Positions 9,411 to 19,722 of a DNA stretch of 64,000 nt are shown piece after piece. Each line of letters begins with the position of its first letter. Positions within the stretch are counted from its first letter, which is position 1. The stretch is from Histomonas meleagridis 2922-C6/04-290x (lineage: Eukaryota > Protista > Parabasalia), in contig JAANOX010000082.1 in NCBI GenBank assembly GCA_020184695.1, positions 1-64,000 of the forward strand, read 5' to 3'. The notes below the pieces were generated by a model. It was not told the DNA's origin and searched no databases. It saw only the letters and a list, made by a program, of their open reading frames with translations. Both the position numbers and the translations under genes were made by a program.

Positions 9411-10538
9411 TTAAGAATTCTGCAAAAATCCTTTTCTACTTTTTCGAAGTGGTTCATAATCCGTGTGTCCTTTCGGTGTACATTTTAATATTTCGACAAC
9501 ATTCCCATAATATTTAACAATTCGCTGATACACTTCCGCAAGAAGCATTGAACTTGATTTACTTTCGAAAACTGGTTGTGTTTCATATGATAAAAGAAGT
9601 GAACGTCGAACTTCATCTTTCGAGAATTCATAAAGTTTGTCAATGATCGTCGCATACATTCGAACGTATTGTTCATAAACTTCTTTTTCTTGTTCGAAAT
9701 TTAAAAAGATGTCACTTAAATTAGAAAAAAATGAATTTCGCGTCTTTTCGAATTTGTTAATTAAATTGTTACTCATAACTTCCATAGTTGAAATAATGAT
9801 TTCTAATTGCAGAAGCATTTCAGAATCCAAAATTTCATATTCTTCTAAAAATGGAATAACATATTCTTTCGTAATACGTAAATAATTGCCATATAAAAGT
9901 TCACTTAAATAAAGTTCATTTAAGATTTCACTTCGTCTTTCAACAATTTTTCGTTCGTTTTTCGCTGATGTCGGCAACAATAAAAATTTCGTTATATGAA
10001 AGTGTTAAAAACAAAATGTGTAAAATCTTGAAGACCTTGAAATAACTCAGCAACAAATATTCGTTCTTTAGTAATACCAAAATGTACGTAATATTGGATC
10101 TATAAGTTCAATTTGACTTGGAAAAGGTTAAAAAGAAAAACGATAATCAACAAAATTTCCATTAAAATCACAAACTGGTAAAGTAAATTCTGTAGTTTGT
10201 TCATTATTCATAAATTCGAGCCATGAATTATTAGCTGTAATCGTATATACAATCGTTGGTCCTTGTAAACTTGTGGTTAAAATTAAAATATCTTGAAGTG
10301 GAATGTTTTGAATATCTGAAATTATTGTTTCACCAAATCGTAAACAAAGTTTGTATTGACTTCCAACTTTAAAAAAAAGTCTTGATCTTTCTGAAAAATT
10401 CTTACTTTCATAAAGTTCATTAAATTCTTTCGATGATATATTCTTCGTTTCACCTTTTGGTAAAACTACTGATATTTGAAATAAATCTTTCCAATTGTTT
10501 TCTCCCAATTTAGTTTTGGTAAAAAAAAAGTTTAACAA
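9411..10538 (-). pseudogene. Disrupted RhoGEF (DH domain) gene
   Basis: EILNELYLSELLYGNYL...EVYQRIVKY...EILKCTPKGHTDY is a DH signature. The upstream part is separated by TAA at 10128-10130 and further stops/frameshifts between 10128 and 9980; no intact PH domain follows. Confidence 0.65.
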
Positions 10539-10709
10539 ACAAACATAGTCAAATTCAAAACATTTTTATTTTCGTTTCATCATTTTTTATTCAGAAACTT
10601 TTATGCTCTTCGCTTTTTTAAATAAAATCATATAAGATTTTGCATAACGCTAGCTTTATTTCTTTGTACTTTATGGATTTCCATATTTGTTTTGGAAAAA
10701 TCATTTATT

Positions 10710-10932
10710 TTAATCATTGTGATATTTATATAAAATATTTAGAAACAAAGAATGACCAATTCAAAGTAAAAAAGAAGAAATAAAAAGTAAATCTAATATC
10801 ATTCAAGTTTTTATTGACTATATCTTAAAATATAAATCACAAGAATCATATTTTCTAATTGAACAAGTTACTAATAAAAATTTAATTGAATCGAATATTA
10901 TTTTATTCATTTTTTTGTTTTTCATTAATTAA
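10710..10932 (+). pseudogene. N-terminal remnant of the DUF3447-like ankyrin family
   Basis: QSKKEEIKSKSNIIQVFIDYILKYKSQESYFLIEQVTNKNLIESNII resembles HSQESNYFLERMIQENLCKSNIV (gene 1) and NKQESYYFMGKMIDKNLV (gene 2). In-frame TGA at 10753. Confidence 0.6.
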
Positions 10933-13421
10933 TTGAACAATCTCTGTATTACCGTTTTCGTTTGCATGGTTAATTGCTGTTTTAAATAGATTGTTTAAAT
11001 ACTAAATATAGTTTTAAAATCCAAAATTTTCAACACAAGCAACGAAGAAAGCAAATTAACATCTTTAACATTGATATTAATTCCTTCTTGATTAAGAAGC
11101 AACTTAACTATTTCTGCATGACCATTTGAAGATGCTAATATCAATGCTGTTTCCTACATTTGAATTGAATTCCAAAAATAATATTGAAATTTTAAAATAA
11201 AGAATTAAAATTTGAAGAAAATATATAAATATTTTTAATATTTATATTAATTCCTTCTTGATTAAGAAGCAACTTAACGATTTCTACATGACCATTTTCA
11301 GATGATAACATTAATATTGTATTAAATAATATAAATAATTTCCAAATGTTGTATTGAAACATCAAATTAATAAAATAAATTTTAAATAAAATAAATAAAA
11401 ATCTTTAGCATTGATATTTATTCCTTTTTGTTCAAGAAGTAATTTAACTATTTTTATATGACCATTTGAAGATGCTTTCATAAGTGCTGTTCTAAACATT
11501 TTTTGCAATTTTTAAATAGTTTTTTTAAACATAAAAATATTAACATTAAAACAATAATATTAAAATGAATATCAAATAAAACAAATAAATATCCTTAGAA
11601 TTAATATTTATTCCTTTTTGTTCAAGAAGTAATTCCACTATTTCTGTGTGACCATTTTCAGATGCTTTCATAAGTGCTGTTTGAAATATTTTAAATAATT
11701 TCCAAACACTATTTTAAAATACCAAATTCTTAAAATAAATATTTTGATCATTAATTTTAATATCTTTTTTCGCAAGAAGTAATTTGACAATTTCTGTGTA
11801 ACCTTTCCAAGATGCTAACATAAGTGCTGTCCAAAATATTTCAAATAATTTCCAAATGTTAATATAATACTCCAAATTATTTACTTTAATATCAAATAAA
11901 GAACATAAATAGTTTTAGCATTAATATCAATTCCTTTTTGTTCAAGAAGTAATTTTGCTATTTCTGTGTATCCCTTTCTAGATGCATAAATAAGTGCTGA
12001 AAACAATATTTAAAATAATTTCCAAATCTTACTTTGATATATGAAAACATGAAAACAAAATTTAATTCAAATAAATAGATATTTATAGCATTAATATCAA
12101 TTCCTTCTTGTTCAAGAATATACTGAACAAGTTCTAAGTTTCCTGATTCCGATGAAAATACTAAAATATCCTTTGGAATTGGATTATTTTGGAGAAAATG
12201 TTTAATAATTATTAAATTTCCCATTTTTGCAGCTATAACAAAAAAATTTTTGTCAACTTTCCCATCACCTTCCAAAAACGAATAAACTTGATAATTACCA
12301 CAAATTATACAAAGGATTGATAAAGAATAATAAAACATTTCATCACATGGCAATGAGTAATTGATATTATAATCATCAATATCATCGTTAAACACTAAAC
12401 TTAAATTTGAATATCCTTCTGATTTATTTATTTGATCAATTTTATTCTCATAAAGATATTTAAAGATATCATTTCTATGAAATTTAATAGCTGCTTCGAA
12501 AGAACCATCAAAAGATAAATGCTTTTGTTCACATAAGTGAATAATTTCAAGATTTCCTCCTGCAATTGCAGCTTTACCTACATTGTCTAAATTAGAACCA
12601 TTCATAAGTAAATGTTTAAAACATTTAATTGATCCAAAAAATGCTGAATAATCAATTAATGTAACATTATAACGATTAATAAAGTCGCATCTTTCATAAA
12701 GTGAAGGCTCAATTGTTTGATTATAATCAAAATTTGTTTGTGATGAAATTTCTTGAAGTTTTTCAATTTCATCATTTCGAATGATTTGTGCAATTTCATT
12801 CGGATTATGTCCTTCTTTAATTAGTTGCTTATGAAGTTCCCAATCATTCTTTGAGAGTTCTTCATAATTATCATAAAAATATTTTTTTGCAGGATTCCTA
12901 AAGCCACCATTTTCAGAGGAAAAATCGATATTATTAAATGTTTGGTTTTGTTTTTCTTTAATTTTATTTTCCGCTTCTTCACTGTAAGGGAAAAAATATT
13001 TTGCTGGTACAAAAGATCTTGAATGAGTATATTTCTTTTTTATAAAATCTAAATCTACTAAATTTTTATCAATCATCTTTCCCATGAAATAATATGATTC
13101 TTGTTTATTGATATTGTATATACATTTTTTAAAAATATCAATGATCTTTGGATAATGTGTATTTATATCTTCTTCTTTAGTTTGTATCAATTCCAAAAGA
13201 TTAAAATGTATTTCATATGTATTCCTTTGTGATGAAAATACATAGTAAATTATATTACTAATAATAGAATTTAATGTATATGGCAAATCGAAATCAAATA
13301 AATTTATAATTTTTTCAACTGATAATTCAAGATTTTCTTTAGTTAAATCAATTATTATTTGTTCAAGTTCACAGAGTAATTCCATATATGTGTGATGATA
13401 AGTTGATTCCTCATTTTCCAT
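10903..13421 (-). CDS. DUF3447-like N-terminus plus 7 ankyrin repeats, interrupted by 17-nt elements (ankyrin gene 2)
   Basis: Paralog of gene 1; ATG at 13421 (MENEEST). Six exact 90-nt cores (11911-12000, 11741-11830, 11591-11680, 11401-11490, 11231-11320, 11061-11150) plus a terminal repeat TAINHANENGNTEIVQLINEKQKNE ending at TAA 10905-10903. Removing the 17-mers leaves no stop or frameshift. Confidence 0.85.
10981..12080 (-). other. Array of 28 putative 17-nt intervening elements alternating with single-codon micro-exons (7 spacers)
   Basis: Spacers 12001-12080 (KHGF), 11831-11910 (DGGW), 11681-11740 (60 nt, GGQ), 11491-11590 (100 nt, DCYKR), 11321-11400 (KDGN), 11151-11230 (KKGE), 10981-11060 (VWSK). 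All are exact multiples of 20 nt. Confidence 0.8.
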
Positions 13422-13489
13422 TAATGAAGATTTCACTTCACATATCTTAAATTTGATCGTCTCTTCATTCAATTTTTAAGGCTAATCAA

Positions 13490-15904
13490 ATGCCTGATAT
13501 CCCTATATCAAAACTTCTATTAGAATTTTGTAGAAAAGATACTCAAGCACGTAACGGATCTTCAGAGCCTCCTGATCCGTTAGATCACAATGCCTTATAT
13601 GAGTATTTATTGAATATTGCAGAAAATGATTTGGAACAATTATCAGAAAATTTCAACAGAATATCACATTATAAATATGTTGTCCCTGAGTTTTCTATTC
13701 TTCCAGATTTTGTTAAAGAAAAAATTAAAAAACTTACAGAAGAAAAATCATATTCCAAAAACTTTGAACAAAAAATGCAACCATTTATCAGAATTCTTTC
13801 ACTATTAGAAGGCACAAATGCGCTTGATATTCTAGAAGTTGCTGTTAATTATGTTTTTCATAATATCAAGAAAAATAATCAATTTCCAATGTCTTTTATT
13901 CACATGTTTAGTGACACTGTTGTTGAAGATTTTTCCAAAGAAACATTTATAAGTGTAAAAGATTTCTTTTTTGATGCATTTGATACGCAACAAAGATCAG
14001 CAGCAATTGCAGTTTTTGCCAATTTATCAGCTGACTTTGAAAGAATTGATTCTAGCCTTGACAAGCAAATCAACAATTTAATTATTGATTCACTTTCTTC
14101 TGAAGAATATGATCTTCAATTCTCAGGATTACTTCTTCTTCAAAAATATTCTCGCAGATTCCGTTACGAGCCAGAAATAGCACCACCCACTGAAGATCTT
14201 CTTCAATTAGTACTTCCATTTTTCAATTCATCCGACCAATCATTATCAGAACAATGCACCAAAACCATCAAGTCTCTTATTAAGTTCGGCATATTTATCA
14301 GTCCTGAATCCATCCAATCCATTCTTGAACTTTTTAATCAAATATCTCAAGATTATTATCAACAATATTTCCAAATCATTCATCAACTTTTTTATCCATC
14401 CAACTCCGACGAAGAGTTTGACTTTGTTCCTGACCTCAAATACCTTCTTCCAGTTCGAGAATTTCTCATTGGGCAAATCACCGATGAAGATTCAACAGTA
14501 TATTCAAAGAGTTATTGCATTGATTCCATCTCCGATCTATTTAGTATTCGCCCGACTTTTGTCCGTAAGTATTATCCCATGATTTTTGAGAAAGTTCAAA
14601 AGATCATCAAAACCAAAACTTATTCGGTATATTATCTCATAACACCATTTCTTATTGAAACGTATAAACATTTTCCGAAATACAAAACTGCAATTTCGAA
14701 ATTAATAATATCTATTTGCGACATCTTTTCTAACGCTAAAAAGAATTACTCGACAAGCATTGATGTTTGTGTTGACATTTGTACATTAATCGGAATGGAT
14801 GCGATTGAGTTTTTACCGACAGTTTCATCATTTGCTATTCATGCGATTGGTTCCAATAATGATAATGAATCAATCCGTGGTTGTTTTGCTTTTTTAGAGA
14901 TGATACCAAAACTTAATGATAAAGTCTCTAATTTAGTCTTTGAGAAATGTTTCACGAAAGCAATGACAACGAAAGAAACAGGTTCATTAGTTGTCTATGT
15001 GCAATTAATGCAGAAACTGATTAAACATCATAACATTACATCTAAAAATAAAGACAAATTCAGCGAAACGATTTTATCAATGAAACATCCATTGATTGGT
15101 AAAGTTCCGCCATTTTCATTTCCATTGTTTGCGAAATATATTAATGTGTACGTCGCTAAATGCGAAAAGAATCTTCCGAAAATATTGTTGAATTATACAA
15201 CTTGGTTAAATAAAACAAAACAATTTTCGGGATTGTTACTTAAGACAATTAACATCGCACTTAAACGAGATATTATCACTGATGAAGCTGTCGTTGACAT
15301 AGGAAAATGTTGTTTAAACATATTAAAGTCTTCGAATCTTGATAAACTTAACTTCGTTAATGCAAACGCTTGTTTCGAATGTTTGCGAATTATTAACGAA
15401 ACGAAAAATAAATTGTCACCGCCATTCGAACAAATCATTGAACAAGTCATTCGATTTGTGAATGAATTTAATGAGGAACAAATCGGAAGTGTTAAGATGC
15501 AAAGAATCGTCGAAACATTCCCCAAAATGTGCGACTTAATATTTGATGTATACGCAAAGAATGATGAAGCTGAAGTGGACGAAGAAGTTATGAACTTGTT
15601 AGTCGAGTTGTTGCCGTTCCCACCGGAAGTAAAATGTAATAAATATATTATCGACGAACTAATCGCAATCGTACAAAAGGAAAAATTCCAATTTGTAAAA
15701 GTGAAAATTTTAAGAGTTTTCGCAAATTTGATCGCAATAGAGAAGAAAGAATTGGAGGTCTTTATGCTCAAGGAAGAAATGATAAATAAAATGATCGACG
15801 TGTTGAGGAAAGAAGTGGAAAAGGATCAAAATATGTTCGCGAAAATAGTGAAACATATATTGAACCAAAAGGAAAAAGAAAAATTGGAAAAGTTATTAAA
15901 GTAA
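13490..15904 (+). CDS. Alpha-solenoid (HEAT/ARM-like) protein, 804 aa
   Basis: Long intact ORF with an amphipathic helical pattern reminiscent of importin-beta-like trichomonad proteins; no specific ortholog recognised. Confidence 0.6.
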   Translation: MPDIPISKLLLEFCRKDTQARNGSSEPPDPLDHNALYEYLLNIAENDLEQLSENFNRISHYKYVVPEFSILPDFVKEKIKKLTEEKSYSKNFEQKMQPFIRILSLLEGTNALDILEVAVNYVFHNIKKNNQFPMSFIHMFSDTVVEDFSKETFISVKDFFFDAFDTQQRSAAIAVFANLSADFERIDSSLDKQINNLIIDSLSSEEYDLQFSGLLLLQKYSRRFRYEPEIAPPTEDLLQLVLPFFNSSDQSLSEQCTKTIKSLIKFGIFISPESIQSILELFNQISQDYYQQYFQIIHQLFYPSNSDEEFDFVPDLKYLLPVREFLIGQITDEDSTVYSKSYCIDSISDLFSIRPTFVRKYYPMIFEKVQKIIKTKTYSVYYLITPFLIETYKHFPKYKTAISKLIISICDIFSNAKKNYSTSIDVCVDICTLIGMDAIEFLPTVSSFAIHAIGSNNDNESIRGCFAFLEMIPKLNDKVSNLVFEKCFTKAMTTKETGSLVVYVQLMQKLIKHHNITSKNKDKFSETILSMKHPLIGKVPPFSFPLFAKYINVYVAKCEKNLPKILLNYTTWLNKTKQFSGLLLKTINIALKRDIITDEAVVDIGKCCLNILKSSNLDKLNFVNANACFECLRIINETKNKLSPPFEQIIEQVIRFVNEFNEEQIGSVKMQRIVETFPKMCDLIFDVYAKNDEAEVDEEVMNLLVELLPFPPEVKCNKYIIDELIAIVQKEKFQFVKVKILRVFANLIAIEKKELEVFMLKEEMINKMIDVLRKEVEKDQNMFAKIVKHILNQKEKEKLEKLLK

Positions 15905-16262
15905 ACAATTTTTAATGATGTTAATACTAAATAATTTTTAAATTTATTGAAATGATGGCCTTATTATCAAGAATTTTCACAAATTCAATCTTTTGAATAT
16001 CCTCAAAACATAGTAAATAATATGAATGAAAAAAATTCTATTAATAAAATCACAGAATTTTTTATTGAAAAACGAAAACAAAAACGAAGATTAAATAAAC
16101 AAAGAAATAGAAAAGCACCAATAGTAAATAAAATTAAAACAAATCGAAGAAATAATGTTTGAACACCTAGTAAAAAAGTTAAAATAATTGTTAATAAAAA
16201 AAAATTTTTTTAATATTTTTTTTTAAATATAATTTCATATTAATATAAAAAATAAATTAAAA

Positions 16263-16380
16263 AGGAAGCAGCACTATACGTTCCCAGGAAGTCTCCCAGC
16301 CTAGTACTAATATAGCCCGCGATTGCTTAATTTCCAGGTTCGAAATGGAGCTGGATGTATCCAATCGGGTATGGCCGCTT
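16263..16380 (-). rRNA. 5S rRNA
   Basis: Reverse complement AAGCGGCCATACC...CTCCATTTCGAACCTGGAAATTAAGC...TTAGTACTAGGCTGGGAGAC...GTGCTGCTTCC, about 118 nt, with 5S hallmarks and a T-run Pol III terminator. Confidence 0.95.
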
Positions 16381-16899
16381 CAATAATAAAATTTATTATA
16401 TATTCTTAAACATTTATTAATTTTATTATTTAATTATAAAGGTTTTGCAAAATTAAAAATTTCGTTCTTCTTTGACACTTTTGAATAAACCATACAAAAT
16501 GTCGGACGACGGTTAAAAGTGACAGCATCAGAATTTTTCATATCTGACCATATAGCTATTCAAAATGTTTGAATGATTATTTAGAACCTCATTAATAATC
16601 ACAATATATTATTTCTCATAAAATTTGTCCTAATTAATAATATTATAAATTTATAATATCTTTCATATCTTAATAAATTCTGACATACAATACAAATATC
16701 TTTTATTTGAAAACTCATTGAAAATCATTTTAACTTTATTTTTGACTTCAAAATTTTAACTCAAATATTAATACTCGAATTGTTATCATCGCTCAACAAA
16801 CACATATGTTTTTCTAATGATTTTGTGTTTCTATTGCGGAATGAATCTCTTTTTTTTCTGACGAGCTTTTGTGGGGTACCCCATCCACCGTTAACCAAA

Positions 16900-19722
16900 A
16901 TGAAGCCAAGCTTCAGAGCTTCAAAATTCATAAATTATTTTTCTGATATTGATGCACAACAAATACCACTTATCCCTGGAAATTGTAGACCATATGTTGG
17001 TATGTTTGTTAGTAGAAATTGTTTTGTTCATCATCAATCAGGAGATTGTATTTTTCATATAACAACAAACCAATTAACTATTATTAATGCTTATTCAGCT
17101 GAACAGATTTCATTCGCTTTTGATCAAAATTTACTTCCATTAATAACTCCAGATCCAGGTTCGTTATATCCTTCATGTTTTTTATGTACCACATCCGGCG
17201 TCATTTTCAGGGCCTCTGTTAATGGTGTATCTGATTTTCTTCCTTTAAAATTTATTCCTACATTTTTAACATATTCTAATTCTTGTTTATTTATCTCTGA
17301 CTCAAAAGGATGTATTTATTGTTTTGAAGGACCAAACTTACGATGGATTGCAAACAAACCAGAAAATGCTTTGTCACGGCTATTTAACTTTTCATTTCTT
17401 ACAAATAAGATCTTTTCCATTGCTGCTAATTCAAGCACTGTCTTTGCTATTGACAATCAAGCACAGCTATTTGAATTTGATGTCCAAACAGGCGAAAAGC
17501 TTCTTAGGAGCTCATTACTTGAAACTTCGATTGAATCATCAATATTAGTTTGTGATGAATCTCTTCTTTTCATAGTTTTAACTACAAAAGGCAAGTCAGT
17601 TCTTCAAGTTATTTCTTTAGAATCATCTTTTGATATAATTTATTCTTTTGCCAAACCAAATATCAAAGACATTGCCATCAATAATGAACTATTAGTTATC
17701 ATTAATCAAACCGAAGTTACAATTCATAACAAATTTAATGGTGAGTTAATTAATTCTATTTGGACTTCATTTGATGATTATTTATATTACGGAGGTTCAA
17801 ACACATCAACTCTTCCGACTTTTTTAATGTCATCTGACGGTTACAAGCGGTTAAACAATAACGTATCCCAGAGTCACTTTTTGCCTACGTATGTTACAAT
17901 TGATTCACAAGATCATATATGGTTATCGACTCAATTATCCATATATTTAATTCGTCCAATGTTACCATATGAATCTGAAATCCTTACATGTAAATTTGAT
18001 CATACCATTGAGTCTGATTTATTAATGGCGTCATTATCATTTGGTAAATTTGTATCACGTGAAGATTGGAAACATTTTGATGAAGAACTTAAACATGATA
18101 AAGAGCCATATCTTGTATCACATTCTATTTCATCTAAATATAAAGGCACAGACTTTCCATCGCATTTTCAACTTGATGAATCATTAATGCAAATCAACGA
18201 ATTAATTAAATCGATTGAACTTAATAATGAAACCAAAGAAATCGAAACATATTCACAAAGTTTATTTTGGTATAGTTCATTATCACAAATTACATATTTA
18301 TATTCATATTTAAGTCGATGTTTACAATTAGTTTTAAGCTTTTATACAATTGTTAATCGATCATCTATTTTTGCTACTAAAATCCGCAAACTTTCATCGA
18401 TAATAAAGACGTATACACAATTAATAATATTAATAGAAAGTGACGCGATAACAAATTTACATATATTCGAAGATATAGAATTTAAATATTCGACATTTGT
18501 CACATATATTAAGTCACAAATTTCGATATTATTAAACTTTGAAGAAATATCGAACATATTATTATCGAATAATAAGCCTGAAGTATCATATAATTATTTG
18601 TTATTGTCACCACTGAAAACAATTCACTTTGGAATTTCATTAATATATTTACGAAGATATGAAGAAGCAATAAATTATTTCCTTCAGAACAATTTGATAT
18701 TAAATTTAAATGATGTTCCAATACAAATCATTAAGACATTACGTATGAATCATCGTGATGATATCTTAATCAGGTTATCACAAATCGATTCCAATTCTAA
18801 TCCAGCATTATTGTTTAAGTCATATTTAAATGTTCATGATTATGATTCAGCTTTTATGTGCATTCAAAAGACAAAAGATCGGAAACTTAAAATCGATTTT
18901 TTACGTTTATTCATTCAAATATTAATCAAAAACAAACAAAACAAAAAATTAATTTCTTATCCTTATGGAAAAATGACGAAATTATTTACAAATGAATTAT
19001 CGAATTATTCGAAAGATTCATTATTGATATCAGCATTGTTTTATAATGAAATCGGAGATAAAAGTCAAAGCGCTCAAATGTTTTATTTATACGCAAGAAC
19101 TTTATTACGTGATCCGACAATCGAAAACTTAAAGAAAGCAAATTCTTCATTAATATTCTGTTTGTCGATATATAAAAACTCCGAATTTGTTATTCACGAT
19201 GTGAATACGAATCAAATTGTACCAATAAAAAAAATCAAAAAAATCCTTTTGAGAATTGAATGTTGTTTACTTACAAATGATCCAAAGAATGCAATACAAT
19301 TGTCGAATTTGGAATTACTTAAGAAAATTATAAATTCCAAAAATTTGATTTTGAATTTTGTTTCTATATGTAAACAAAACGAATTAATCGAATTCGTATA
19401 TTATCTCGTCGAAACTAAAAATGATTCGATCCTTGCGAAGATATTAAGTTACGATAAAAGAAAATGGAATTATTCGTTGCATTCGGCAGCTGTAATGCAC
19501 ATGCTGAAGTTGAGGATGACGCCGCCTTTGTGGATCATCGAAGAAATGAAGGAGAAATCGTTGAGGAAATTGGTGGTGTTGTGCAATACGTATATGAGAG
19601 GGGACATTTTGCATGAACTGTTCGTGGAAATGTGTCAAAATAATGAAAAAATTCCAAAATATTTGGTGCCATTGCTGAAACAAATTCAGTTACCAATGGA
19701 AGTAATAAGTCAACTGACTTAA
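16900..19722 (+). CDS. Beta-propeller plus alpha-solenoid protein, Nup160/Nup120-like
   Basis: Beta-rich N-terminus and helical C-terminus. KKLISYPY...SAQMFYLYARTLL...NSSLIFCLS and PPLW resemble the Nup160 C-terminal pattern (inference). ATG at 16900. Confidence 0.5.
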   Translation: MKPSFRASKFINYFSDIDAQQIPLIPGNCRPYVGMFVSRNCFVHHQSGDCIFHITTNQLTIINAYSAEQISFAFDQNLLPLITPDPGSLYPSCFLCTTSGVIFRASVNGVSDFLPLKFIPTFLTYSNSCLFISDSKGCIYCFEGPNLRWIANKPENALSRLFNFSFLTNKIFSIAANSSTVFAIDNQAQLFEFDVQTGEKLLRSSLLETSIESSILVCDESLLFIVLTTKGKSVLQVISLESSFDIIYSFAKPNIKDIAINNELLVIINQTEVTIHNKFNGELINSIWTSFDDYLYYGGSNTSTLPTFLMSSDGYKRLNNNVSQSHFLPTYVTIDSQDHIWLSTQLSIYLIRPMLPYESEILTCKFDHTIESDLLMASLSFGKFVSREDWKHFDEELKHDKEPYLVSHSISSKYKGTDFPSHFQLDESLMQINELIKSIELNNETKEIETYSQSLFWYSSLSQITYLYSYLSRCLQLVLSFYTIVNRSSIFATKIRKLSSIIKTYTQLIILIESDAITNLHIFEDIEFKYSTFVTYIKSQISILLNFEEISNILLSNNKPEVSYNYLLLSPLKTIHFGISLIYLRRYEEAINYFLQNNLILNLNDVPIQIIKTLRMNHRDDILIRLSQIDSNSNPALLFKSYLNVHDYDSAFMCIQKTKDRKLKIDFLRLFIQILIKNKQNKKLISYPYGKMTKLFTNELSNYSKDSLLISALFYNEIGDKSQSAQMFYLYARTLLRDPTIENLKKANSSLIFCLSIYKNSEFVIHDVNTNQIVPIKKIKKILLRIECCLLTNDPKNAIQLSNLELLKKIINSKNLILNFVSICKQNELIEFVYYLVETKNDSILAKILSYDKRKWNYSLHSAAVMHMLKLRMTPPLWIIEEMKEKSLRKLVVLCNTYMRGDILHELFVEMCQNNEKIPKYLVPLLKQIQLPMEVISQLT

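Noticed and set aside
549-12080. CRISPR-like repeat-spacer array
   Set aside because: The repeats are 90-nt protein-coding ankyrin cores, the spacers are mutually similar, the context is eukaryotic and no cas genes are present.
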